A model generated the notes under the pieces. The model saw only the letters and a program-made list of their open reading frames with translations. It ran no database searches and was not told the origin of the DNA. A DNA stretch of 64,000 bases, from NCBI RefSeq assembly GCF_000143415.4, contig NW_003314304.1:6169-70168 (forward strand), read 5' to 3'. Shown here piece by piece: positions 12,001-24,158 of this stretch. Positions within the stretch are counted from its first letter, which is position 1; each line of letters starts with the position of its first letter. This stretch comes from Selaginella moellendorffii (taxonomy: Eukaryota > Plantae > Lycopodiophyta). Made by a program: the position numbers and the translations under genes.

Positions 12001-12750
12001 TCTGTTCACTCCTCTCTTCGAGTTTCCCCCTTCTTTGCGAACTCTGGCCGAAATCCCCGATTCAATCTCTCACTTCCTTCTCCATCTGAATCCTCTCGTT
12101 CAAATCCCCGCTCTGAATCATTTCTCTCCAACCTTCAGGAAATCCACAACTCCATCTCCTTCCACCTCCATCGTGCTCAGGAATCTCATAAAACATTTGC
12201 CAATGTCCATCGTCAGGATTGTCCCCCTTACAATATCGGGGATAAAGTCTGGCTCCTCAGGCGAAATATCTCCACCACCAGGCCCTGTCCAAAACTCGAT
12301 TTCAAACGCCTTGGTCTTTTCCCTATCACTGCCATCATTAATCCTGTCACTTATCGCCTTGCACTTCCCTCCTCATATCAAATTCACCCCGTTTTTCACT
12401 CCTCTCTCCTTGAGCCTTATATTCCCAGTCCTATTCCAAATCGGGTCATTCCTCCGCCTCCACCAGTGCAGCTCGAGGATGGGTCTGAGTACGAGGTTCA
12501 GGACATCCTTGATTCCAAGATTTCACGATCTAAACTCTACTATCTGGTGGACTAGAAGGGTTACGGACCTGAGGAACGCACTTGGGAACCTGCGGACAAC
12601 CTGATTCATTCTCCTGACCTTGTTCAGGACTTCCACCGCCGCTATCCTTCTCGTCCCAGTCCTCATTCTTTTTCTCCATCTCCCATCCCTCGCCGCTCAT
12701 CTCATCCTCCTCTTCGTTCTCATTCACATCCTCGTTCCACTCGTTCTTGA
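8977..12750 (+). pseudogene. pol: Pol polyprotein (PR, RT, RNase H, integrase, chromodomain) with two in-frame nonsense codons
   Basis: LLDSGAT, YLDDILI, DASDFAIG, HHCC/DDE integrase, chromodomain [25 protein letters not shown]. Stops at 9418-9420 and 12553-12555 interrupt an otherwise continuous frame. Confidence 0.92.
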
Positions 12751-12761
12751 GGAGGGGGTGC

Positions 12762-13148
12762 TGTCAGGAATCCCCCAATTCTTGCCACATTTCTGACTCT
12801 CGCCGGATTCCTGACCTGTAGACCACATTCCTGACTCTCGAGACACTTCTCTATTCCTGACTCTCGAGACACTTCCCTATTCCTGACTCTCGAGACACTT
12901 CCCGATTCCTGAGTCTCGAGCCACATTCCTGATGATGATGTGGCGCCTCCTCGACCTCAGCTGTATTTAGGCTGTCCTCGATCCAAGAGTGGTGGAGCTT
13001 CATCAACCTATAGTATATATAGGTTAGCCTTGTTCCATTTCTCCACAATCTGAATCAACACCAGTCTAAGGCCTTTTCTTTGTTTTCACTAGCTTTTTCT
13101 CTTTGTCTTTAGCATTTTCCAGTCTTGATCTTGTTGGGGGTCTTGACA
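12762..13148 (+). repeat. 3' LTR of the chromovirus
   Basis: Follows the PPT; direct repeat of 7549-7935; followed by TSD TAGAT. Confidence 0.95.
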
Positions 13149-13898
13149 TAGATAATAGAGTGTTAGTTGCAATTGAGATCAAGATCATTGGATTACAAAT
13201 TTATCAACTCATTACTGGACGAAGAAATCTTGATGCTCAAGAAAAATCAACATTACTACTTTAATTACTCTTCAAGCTTATATGTGGATGATAGTGTTGG
13301 AGTATAGTTTCATATTTTAGCAAGTACCTTAAGTTAAAATGAAGATTTATATGGAGCTTATAAATGAGACACTTCCAAATGGTCAAAAGGAGTAAAATAG
13401 AAAATTTAGTTGCTTTTAAGTAATATAATACTTATAATAATATACCATTTTTATGGGATTGAATTTAGTTGTAAGAGTCTAAATCTTATTAATATACTTT
13501 TTTTGATATTTTGAGTACTTATATTGGTGGAGTTCAGAGGCACTATAATTTATCTCTAGAAGGCAAAATTTTTTAACAGTGTTTTTTGCTTAATGTTTGG
13601 GTTTGTTATTTGTTGTCTTCTAAATCTAAATCTATAGAAAATAAAGTGGTTAAAGAAGTATTAGTATAGAAATTTTTAGTAACTATCAAGGTGGAAATAA
13701 AGAAATAAGAAAAAAGTGCATATACTCAAAGCTTGGATAATAGAGGACCTCATGTTATAAGAGACTTTGTTCAAGAAGAAAAGCTAAATATCAAGAGATA
13801 TGTTGTTATAAAATATTTTACTCACCATAAAATAAGAAATTAAAATTTCACACCACTTAACCTCCTTAATACATAACTCACTTTAACAATCTTTTGAA

Positions 13899-14008
13899 AA
13901 CCGGACATGTTGAAAAGAGACCAGACATGTTGAAACTCCGGATATTGAACAGACAATGTGAGACTGGACATGTTGAAACCGGACATGTTAAACTCAGTTC
14001 AACATGTC
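13899..14008. repeat. Cluster of short repeats GACATGTTGAAA (4-5 copies plus one inverted)
   Basis: ccggacatgttgaaa / ccagacatgttgaaa / ctggacatgttgaaa / ccggacatgttaaa ... ttcaacatgtc. Confidence 0.7.
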
Positions 14009-14114
14009 TCCTTGCATGTATGTTAGAAATGATAGTCTTATAAATGGTGAGTTGTGGGATGGATAGTGGTGGAGTATTAAACCATTTTGTCTAGATTTGT
14101 TATTGGAAGGCTTA

Positions 14115-14550
14115 GGTTACAATGCTCAATTCTTTTTCGAGGAACCTTATTATTGCTCCTTGAGTAACTTGGTGTTTGATTAGTTTTGAGTTTGGTCGAA
14201 TAAAGAGTAATATAAACTTGTCTGTGTTGTGAATAAAAGTTAGTAGTGTTGTGTGTTGTAATCTCTATCGATGGAGTGTGGCATTTATATTGCATTTTGT
14301 CAAATTGAGTTGGCATTTGATACTCATATAAACCTTTGAAGTAATAATACATGTTTTTTTATAGTGTTGCTTAATTGATGATCAAGTTATTGTGGTTTTT
14401 ATATCATATTATTGTGGTTGTGAGCAATGTGTTTATGAAGTTGCTTGGTCAAACGATGATCAACCCCAAAGTGGTTGATAGTGAGTCTACTTGCAAATAA
14501 TAATATTGAAGGAACATAGATTGGATTCTTATTGGTGGTCCATTATACTA
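14115..14550 (+). repeat. Dispersed degenerate repeat, also present at about 63520-63950 (probably LTR- or TE-derived)
   Basis: Shared blocks such as gattagttttgagtttggtc, aaaagttagt, gcattttgtc, taaacctttgaagtaat, gtgttgcttaattgatgat and aaacgatgatcaacc. Confidence 0.8.
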
Positions 14551-15766
14551 ACATAAACTATAGATATTATACCTTCGAAATGCTAGAAATGTGGTGTTGG
14601 TCTTGCACTAGTTATGGACGTTGCTTGGTCTTCATCCCCTTTCATTTTGAGCTGACAAAAGGTGGTAGTTCAAAGAAGATATTACTATTGGGGATGGTCC
14701 AAAGTTGAGTTGAGCTCACGAGTTGAGCTCAATTCAGCTCAAGTCAATGCTAGTCAACATAGTCAGCCATAAGTCTTATATTATTCTTTGCTGAACTTGA
14801 AATTTATGAATTTAAATATCAATGGTTCAGAGAAATTTCTATTTTTTGAATCTTTCTAATGCAATTTATACAATAAAATACTGTTTCTAGAATTAGAAGT
14901 TCGTCTGAACCTATAGAAATTTTTGGGCTTTATTAGTCCCAAATAAAATGGGAATATTGAAGTTCAAATGAATCTAAAATTTCTATTGTACATTTCAACA
15001 TTTTAACATTTCAACAATTGATCAGAAATATATAATAATTTGAAACACTGATTCACTCGTTCATTCTTTAGGGTTTACAGAGATGGGAAGCAAGGAAGAC
15101 AAAAAATCTATAAGTAGTTCTAGCATACAAAAATGTGAGAATGTTAATTTTGTTTCACTATCACAATTTTCATATTACATGCTTGATCCTTATTACCCAT
15201 CCGGAAATGTGGAGACCATTGTCATTATTGATAAAAATGCTCTTGTTGCTTTCAAAACAACAATCTAAAGCAAGAGAAAAGAAGAAATGGACAGCACAAC
15301 GGAAAGCACTAATAAATCCACTCTATAAACCTTTCAATAGCTTTTGTAATCCACTCAAATATTATTAAAAAAAACTAAGTTTTTTATATATATCTTATTC
15401 TTTTTGATATATTTTGTCTTTGCAAAAAGTATAAGTATATATGATGTGGATAAATCAAAGAATTAAATCTATATATGATTTTGGGATTGAAAGGTAATCT
15501 TGCAAAAAGGCATACTCGCGTGCCTATGTGCATTCACCATTATTATATATGGTAGGCTAGCTATATAAAATAAGGCTGCATATTAATTATGTGCTAGTTT
15601 TAGCTTCTGAAACCCTATAGCCACTTGTCTTTTATAGTAGGTTGTAATTACTGAGACTGACAATTATAATTCAATATATTGTCATGTCATAATAAAACAT
15701 TATTCCTGAGATTGAAATATAGTATATTTTTATTGTTGGGAAGTTTAATTCTTTTTGTGTGTTGCA

Positions 15767-16321
15767 ATGGTTAGAAAGAAGTTTACTTTTGGTCCCGAAG
15801 GCCTTTTATATGAATCTCTACCTCAATCTCTAATCTTAACTAATAATCCACCTTCACCTCTTCGTAATAATCCTTCTTTTCATTTTGAGAGCTATTGTGA
15901 AGTTTTTCCATTTGTGATCTTGAGTGCAACTGAACAAAAATTCATTCCTTATGATGTTGTTAAAAGAATTGGATTGCCTCCAATGTTTCAAGAGTGATGT
16001 CAATATTTTCTTCAAGATCTTGCTCCAAATATGGCAGGAGAGTTTAATGTAGATACATATTATCTTCAGTGTCCTATATGCAACTTTTATTTAAACAAGA
16101 CAGATGGTTGCATGGGCTTGGTAAGTTTTATTGAGCATTGTCGCAAATGCCTAAGAGTGGGTTTGGAAGATGTGCACGCATGGATGTATAAGAAAATCAA
16201 GAAAGAATTAAAAACATACAGTTATTATGATTTCATGGTAGAGAACAATATTCCATTAGTGAACACTACATTAGTAAGTGCTGAATATGGGATATTTAGG
16301 CCACTATTTAATGTAATGTGA
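15767..16321 (+). pseudogene. Unknown ~180-aa protein with a CxxC...HxxxC Zn-finger-like motif, copy 1 (internal stop 15995-15997)
   Basis: Collinear with copy 2 (EVFPFV, QCPIC, WMYKKIKKEL, SAEYGIF). TGA here corresponds to CGA in copy 2. Confidence 0.7.
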
Positions 16322-16579
16322 AAGTCATGCATAGTTTTTTTAAAAGTTTAATTCTTTATAAGTAAAGTGGAGAATTTTATATTTCTGAGAATGATAATAT
16401 TCTAGCATATATAAAGATATTATTATATATACAAGTGGTTCTGACACTGTTATAATTCCGAAGTCCCATTTTTGAGACTGACAATCTAAACTTTCAAGAA
16501 CCCCTAGATCTTTTCTTAGTATAAATATCGATAAGGGATGCTTTCAACATTAAAATTTCAGTTTGTTTAGAGTGTAAAA

Positions 16580-17122
16580 ATGGCTAGGGAAAATGTTATT
16601 GCTACTCGCACTTGGCCCCCATGCATTTCATATGAGTCTCCACCTTCGTCTACAACTTCTACCAACATTCCACCCTTCCCTCCATACAATAATTGTTATG
16701 AGGTTTTTCCTTTTGTAGCCCTAAGTGTGATTGAACAAGAGATCCCTCTTCTAGATAATGTTCTAGATGTTGCTATTAAATATGGATTGCCTCATGTGCT
16801 TCAAAAGCGATGCCAAATGTTTCTTCAAGATCTTGTTTCAGATATGGCTAAAACTTTTGAAAGAATATATTATTTCCAGTGTCCCATCTGCTACTTTTAT
16901 TTAGATAAAATGTAAGGCTGTATGAGTCTAGAAACTTTTCTAGAACACTATCATAATTGCCCAAGAACTAGTGTGGAAGGTATGCATAAATGGATGTATA
17001 AGAAAATCAAGAAAGAGTTAAGAATACACAACCATTATCATTTCATTGTGAAGAACAGTATTCCATTAATAAATACTACATCCACAAGTGCTGAATATGG
17101 TATTTTTAAGCCATCCTATTGA
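16580..17122 (+). pseudogene. Unknown Zn-finger-like protein, copy 2 (internal stop 16913-16915)
   Basis: Tandem paralog of 15767-16321. Confidence 0.7.
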
Positions 17123-17747
17123 AAATTCTAGCTACTAATAATTCTTACACTATGATATTATCCATCCCACCAAGTGTCCGGGCCGATATGCCAGCGAACT
17201 GGCGCCCGAGCACTTGGCGTGGAATGGCACCTTCAACTAGGGGATTTGTTCCTTTGATTTGCCAATCTCATTTAGCAAGTCATCTGACTAATGTAATATG
17301 GTTTTAAGCTCTATTTCGTTAAAGTGGGAATTGTCATTATCCCACTTGTAAAATAAGGTTTCCAAACCTTTATATAGTATATAAATATAACAAAATTCAA
17401 CTGCATTGAGGCACATGCCATTTTATTTTACACAAGGAAATGTCTACTCAATCACTTCTCCTCCCCCTGCCACTGCTTCACCTCTCTCTTCTCCTTGTCA
17501 TCGTCGTCCAATTTCTTTCCATCCTTTTAATATTGGCTCAGTTGCTCCGAGTCTAGGTGGAGCCCAAGTCCCCATTCAATCTTTACTTTCCCATTATTAA
17601 TAAAACAACTTCGTAGACTTCCAATAACATGCTGTAACACTTCTAGTATAATGCAAATCCTCTCAAAGAATTGTCTTTTAATATTAATACAATTGCATGG
17701 AACCCCATGCCATAATAAGTTACATTTTTAAATAAATACATGCCATC

Positions 17748-20700
17748 TCAGACTGTTGTTTTTTGCCTCCAACGCCTATACAATAATCTTGGAATTTCAT
17801 CACTCTCCACACTATCAGGATTTAAACCCAATAGTAATGCCATCTCTTCTCTAATACGTCCACGCTCATGTTCAGTGGTCGAAGAACCCATCCGGTTGAG
17901 CAGATTATGGAGATGCGGATAGTGCTTGGCTAGACAATATACATGCCATAAATGATGACTGGTGTCTGTCTGATCAAATGGCTTCTGATATACCGTTCCA
18001 TCTGCCATTTGGTTGATTTCTGCAGCCACCTCCTGGACTGGCCGGTTCTCTATCACCATCGCTCCAAGCCGTTTTGCAAGGTCCCCCAGAACATACAGTT
18101 TCTTCTCCCTAGTTTCCATACTGCAAGAGATGGGGTGCACTGCATATGTGTGCGTGTTCGCTGCAGTTTTAATCGGCGAGTCATCGATGATGAGGATTTC
18201 ACTTGAGCTAGCAGTCCAGTTCATCACTACAGCCTCTGGCTTGACGAAGATGGGCTTGCTACCCCTCACATGGACCATAGTCAAGCAATCCTCCTGCGTT
18301 AGGTGAAAGTCAAATGGTAATATTACTCGCGTCTGATCGTGCATCATCTGTAGCAATGTTAATGCATTGTGGCGCATCATGGATGTCCAAACTCCCAATT
18401 GCAAATTGAACCCGGCCCTCTGTTTTAAGTGTCGCATGGTCATTATTAGATCCCGCAGTTTCTCCCGTGTGATTGATGTGAATCTGTCTCTTTTGACCAA
18501 CTTGCGACCGCAGGCTTTGGAGGGTGCAATGACATTCGAGGACGAGCCACGCTCATGGGAGAAAAGGACACCGTTCAGATCAAAAACGATACAGTACCTT
18601 CGCCGTGACTCTGAAATGAAATGCGTCAGCATAAAAAATGGTACAAGTCAATTTTACCATCTACAATATTAGCGAATGTTGCTCCCGATGGTCGTTGAGA
18701 GGGTTTTGGTCGAGGAAACGTGAAGGGCGGAAATACTCTCCTCTGCAATGTGGGGTCAATCGCATCCGATGGCGTGTGGGCACATGCCATTTCAGCTGTA
18801 GACTCTGGTACAACTGGCTCAACAGTGGCATGGGGTGGTTCCGATGGCGTGTGATCACACGCCATTTCAGCTGGTGCCTCCGTTGGCAAAGTGGACATGA
18901 CCGAACAGGCAGCAGGGGCGGTGTAGGGAGGTTCCAACGGTGCGTAGTCAGACGATTGGGCACACGTTGAGTCCGTTGGAAATGAGGATACGACCGGCTC
19001 GGCGGCTGGGGCGGCCTCATGTGGGTCCAATGGCGCCTGGTCACCGTCAGTTGGATACGTGGACAAGATTGACTCAGTGGTATGGGCAGCATCAAGTGGA
19101 GCGTGGTCAGCTTGCTTGGCGTTGATATGGATAGTAGCCTCCACCAGCTCTGATGACTCTTGCAGCCAAGTAGAGTCCACTGGCGGATCCAGATGCATGT
19201 CCAAATATCTCCCTTCGATTGAGATGGTATCCTCCCGTGCTACTAAAAACAAACTCATTAGCACATTGAATCGACTATACTGTATTTACCATCAACTGCT
19301 ATTGAGGAACTAGGACCGATATCACTTGAGCGCACTGCTGATTCTGAAGGATTGGACATACGTTTCGACCCTTGCTTGGCACTATCCTTCCTCGACACTA
19401 AAGGCTAGAGTTTGTAAATTAAACTGAATAATCTCTACTTACCATTTGCTCTGCGACCTACATGGACAATGTTAGAAATGGTAAAAGGTTAGGAATGGAT
19501 GTATTATTATTTACCTGATGGTTTGTCTTGTATGACCTTCCTCCGCCGCTCTTTGGCCACCTCAGGCTGGCCATCGTCGTCATCATCGTCGTCGTCGTTA
19601 TTGTGATCGTCACCATTGTGAGGACCATCCAAGTCCTCTTCGTCCTCCTCTTCTTCGTCCTCCTCTTCTTTGTCCTCCTCTTCGTCCTTCTGCTCTTCTT
19701 GCTCATTATCTTTCTCTGGCTCCTTATCCCCCTCCTGCATTTCTTCCATAGGCTGCTCAGGCTGGATGGCTTGTTCTTCCAGGACCATCTTGGGAAAATC
19801 ATCTGGCCGAGTCTCCATCTCAAAATACAAGACATCCATAGCCTGTTTTAGTGCGTGACCTAGGACCGTATCCTCACCCGACTGTCTTAACATGGTTTCT
19901 GCACGTTCTTGCACCCTTCGAAGACGACGAGATGAGAAAAACGTGGCCCTGCCTTGAAAAGCTTCCCTCATCCATTGTACCTCTCCATTGAGATTGGGGA
20001 AGGGGAGTCCGCCATAGGAATCTGAGTCATGAGGTGGTGACTGCCTGCTTTCACTCAGCCCTTGATCTGCAATGAATGGCATGAGCACACACGCCATAAC
20101 CGCGAGGCATTACCTATCATCTTTTCGTTGCCCTTCTTCCTTTTCGAATCAAACGCCTCTGATCTCGATGACTGTCCAACGTGCTTTCGCTTTTTATGAC
20201 CACTGTCAGTTTGAGCTTGGCTGGTGCTTGCCTGGTTTGCCTTTGAAGAAGTTTCTCCTGCAAGGAATGGCATGAGACCACACGCCATTGCAAATATAAT
20301 TTGTACCTCCTTTTTTCCTATTGCTTTTCTGTTTGTCCTTCTTCGATGCGCCACCAGTGCGCTTTTCAGTCCTCGTGTCTGAATATTCACAACGATCTAT
20401 AATCAAAATGGCGTGAGGCCTCACGTGACCTTACCTTGTGCAAGTTGTGAGCTCGGCCCAACATGGGTATCTTCAACAGTAGCTGTTAACGCCATTTCAG
20501 CATCTGGGGGTGGCCACGCTCCTGCATACAGAGCTTGTGAGATAACATTTAAACTTAAAGTGCGTACTCACCAGGTTCGCAGAGAAGATACTGTTTTTCT
20601 TTGGCAACTGTAATTATATGCTCCATTGAAGTCACCTCTTCAATGGAGTTTGTCACCGCAACACACAGGACACCCTTGAGTAGTGCGGCTCGAAAGAATA

Positions 20701-23148
20701 GTCCGCCACAGTTGTACTCGACAACGCATTTGCCCTTGGAGTCGGAAGCAGGTGACCCACCCGCTATTGCGTTGAAGACCCAGGTGAGCATTTCCCATGC
20801 TGCACCTGGAGCTTTCTTTGGATTCGAAAGCTCCATAGCCGTCTTCAGTTCCTCAGGCACGGGTAAATTGACCTCCCTCAGATCAATTCGATTGGCCTTG
20901 TCGAACGACGCTGGGAAGTCACTCCAGTCCCACTCTGCTGCAGGACCAATAACAAGGGCGAGTGTGAAGATGCGGACATTCGTCAGTATCTTCTTCTTAG
21001 CCATTATCCCATGGATCTCCCGCATCTCCTTGCCTTTCAACCGAGCCTTCACCTCGTTCAAGGCCTTCCAGAACTTGTGATAGGATTCGGAGTCATAGAT
21101 CATATAGTGGACTGAAGATTCCACCTCCGCAAGTCCCACCATTAAGTCAATGATGGAGCTGACTTCGTCTGCATGAGTGATCTCCTCGTTTGTGAAGTCC
21201 ATCACACAAAAGATGTTCTTGACCTGCTCATCTCCGCGGGAAACGATGCTCCTCCACCTTTGATCCTCATCCGAATTCAAGTATACCCGGTAAGGTTCTC
21301 GATAGGCCTCTGCTGCGGGGTCGAGCTGTTTCTGAAGCCGGCGGTCGACATCAATCTTAATGAAATTTGGATACTGATCCAACTTCTCAGCTTTACTTTT
21401 CGTGGCATCCCGCAGCAGATCGATGAACTTGGGGGCCCCCTTCACGTACTCGTCGATGTCTTCATTTGACAACTCCAGCGCTTCCATCATCTCTTGCGTG
21501 GTGTCGATGCTCACCCTCTCCACGGCCACTTGCTCGAAGATCCAATCCTTCAATAGCGCACGAGCTCTCAGAGTCGTGCACAAGTCCTCGTATGTCACAA
21601 TATGGCCGGGAGTCATTTTGGTCTTGTTGAAGACAACCTCACCACGTAGAAGAGCATTAGCCACTGTCAGAAGGTCGTCGTCGTCTAGAGACCGCGAGAA
21701 ACGCAAGGCGTTGAGCTTCAAATCATTGGGCTTCCGGCCGTCCTCCACACCCATTGAGTTTGGCAACTCCCCGTCATGGTACCTCCTCAGCACATCTACC
21801 CATTTGTCAAAAACAACTTTTGTCGCGAGTAGAATGTTATGGATGCTGAGTGTGTCATTGCCCCCAGTGTTTTCGAGAGAAGACTCGAGAATTCCTGCAA
21901 TGGAAATGGCGTGAGGCCACATGCTATGCCACATACAACGAGGCTTACCTGCCAGGCGCTAGTTGCTAGTGCACGTCCTTGTCCTGGTTTTTGTGGCTTC
22001 TTCAGTTGAACCCAGAGCTTCCGTGTTCGTGCCAATGTCTCGTGCAGACCCGATTTGTAGCACGTTTCTTGCTTGACATTCTGCGCGTGGGAGATGTATA
22101 TGATAGATCGGAGGGGCGAGTTGCCTTTTATCAGGCGGACAACTCTTGTCTTGAAGACTTTCTTCACCTCCTCGCCCACCATAATATCCACAACTATCTC
22201 TTGCATCGCTAAGCTAGAATGCTGCTCGGAGACGGCATAGAACCGGATGTTCTGATCGTCCAACACCTTCCTATTGATCAAGTCTGGAAACCTCATCTCG
22301 CCCTTCATTTTTTGGTAGTAGGGGATCACGTCTGCGATGTCGGGTGTTACTGGACTTGCCAGCATCTTCTGCTTCAATTTCTCCACCCACTCATCAGATA
22401 CTAGCCTGTGGTTGTATTTGCTTTGGATGTCGATACGGCTCACGTCGATTGTATATACTTTGTTGGAATAGTAACAAGTACTATTATCTGCGACGATTTT
22501 TGCTGCCTCTTCTTGCTCTTTCTGCTCTTTGCGGCTCTTCTTTTTGGTGGGTGTAGTGTTCGAACCCGAGGCAATGGCATCACTGAGTAGCTTCTTTTTT
22601 GGAGCAGGAGAGTCGGACGTCGGCTTGAGCTTGACCACCCTTTTCTGCTTCGAGGTAGTTTCCAGATCGACCCCCTTCCCCTTTGCTTCGCGAACTGGAG
22701 TCACTCTCAACGGCTCAATGTTGGAATATAGTTTTTGAACATCGCCGTAGGTGAGGTCCGTGGATTCCATGTGATCTTCATAGACCCGCAGCGTCTTTGA
22801 AATTGTGGGCCTCCTGGACAACCTCTCCCTAGCTCCCTCTAGGAATTCCTCATAGCCGCTGCCCCCCTCCGGGAAGCTGCTAGGATGTGCAAGGTGGATC
22901 TTGAAGGCAGACGCTGTCTCTACCACAAGTGCCAGTCCATATTCTTGCATGGAATTGCATGGAGTGTCTGTCACTTGGATGAGGATCCCCATGCATTCTT
23001 TTCTCCCACCATCTATGTTGTACAGCCTCAGATCCTCGCCTTCTATCCCGAAAGTCCAACTGGTGAGCTCCTCCCCCTTCTCTGCATCCACATTGACAGT
23101 GGCTGGAAGAAGAACGCAATTCCTCGCCTGTTCAGAAATGCACAACAA
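17748..23148 (-). CDS. Transposon cargo gene (probably one multi-exon gene): ParB-like domain, degenerate beta-class DNA methyltransferase-like domain, acidic/Pro-rich linker, C-terminal HAD (FCP1/NIF-like) domain; possible frameshift near 21870
   Basis: ParB-like YNHRLVSDEWVEKLK...DVIPY...FYAVSEQHSSLA. MTase-like FCVMDF...NPKK...VVEYNCGGLFFRAALLKG..CVAV. HAD-like CIVFDLNGVL...GVWTS...IIDDSPIK. The ORFs are linked by plausible GT-AG micro-introns (21895-21948, 20258-20306, 20067-20113, 18611-18656). Confidence 0.65.
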
Positions 23149-23589
23149 TTAGAGCTGACAGATGAAAAGCTAGTAGCTGGAAATAACGTGAGGCCACACG
23201 CCATTCACCACTGCATCAGATGTCTTGAGGCTGCATCCTAAGATGGCGTGAGGCTACACGCCATCTGTAACCGGACTGCACTCGAGAGCCCAATCGGTGC
23301 ATGCCAATGCTGCTACTGAATGGCATGTGGCCTCATGCCATTTTCTACTTGGCCTAAAAGACTTACCATTTGAAGCCGAATGGAGGCGTGACAACCGGAC
23401 TCGCTGGCGAATGTGCACTGTGTGTGCAGCGGATCGTAGCAGCAAGGCTACTCTGCCACTTACAGTTGGAGAGTGGCGCTGAAATCTCCCGGGACGCCAA
23501 GTGGGCTGCGTGTGGGTGGCGGAGTGGGAGGCGGAGTTGGCGGCGAAGTTACAAACTGGGTGTGTCTTGAAGTGGACGCCGATGCACAC

Positions 23590-23740
23590 GAGCGCGATGC
23601 GAGCGCGAGTGTGATGCAAGCGCGAGTGTGATGCAAGCGCGAGTGTGATGCAAGCGCGAGTGGACGCCGATGCACACGAGAAACCTGTAGAGAAGTGGGA
23701 GCGTGATGCGAGCGCGAGTGTGCGAGCGCGAGTACGAAGC
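23590..23740. repeat. CpG-rich short tandem repeat (GCGCGAGTGTGATGCAA x3 and variants) upstream of the cargo gene
   Basis: Directly visible repeats; duplicated AGTGGACGCCGATGCACACGAG. Confidence 0.8.
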
Positions 23741-24158
23741 AAAATGCAAAACCTAACCTCACACGCGCGAAATGTCACGACGGTTGGTAATCCCGCCACG
23801 TCATCATTTCTCGGACTTGGGCGCCACCATTAATTTCTGGATCGGCGCGCGCATGCGTGAAATCCAAAAGAAATCCGCAACGTCATCATTCCTCGGACTG
23901 CATGCACGCGAAATCCAAAAGAAAGATCATGATTGGGATATCATTTAATACCCTCGCTATATTTATACCATGCATGATTGGATATTCCAAAGCATCTTGT
24001 ATTTCCAAAAATGCCAGATGTTCAGCTAAATAAATTGTCAGAGGATGACGTTCAAGCATGTGGGCTCATACAATTTTGATCCCCAAAAATGCACCAAAAA
24101 ATGCTCGGCGTCATCTAGCGTTATCTCTTGAATGGCGTGGGGCCGCATGCCATTTTCA

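Larger units (their letters stand above)
7549..13148 (+). mobile_element. Full-length Ty3/gypsy chromovirus (Tcn1/Tf1-sushi-like), 5600 bp
   Basis: 387-bp TG...CA LTRs at 7549-7935 and 12762-13148 with 3 differences seen, all C/T. 5-bp TSD TAGAT at 7544-7548 and 13149-13153. PPT GAGGAGGGGG at 12749-12758. gag and PR-RT-RH-INT-chromodomain. Confidence 0.97.
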
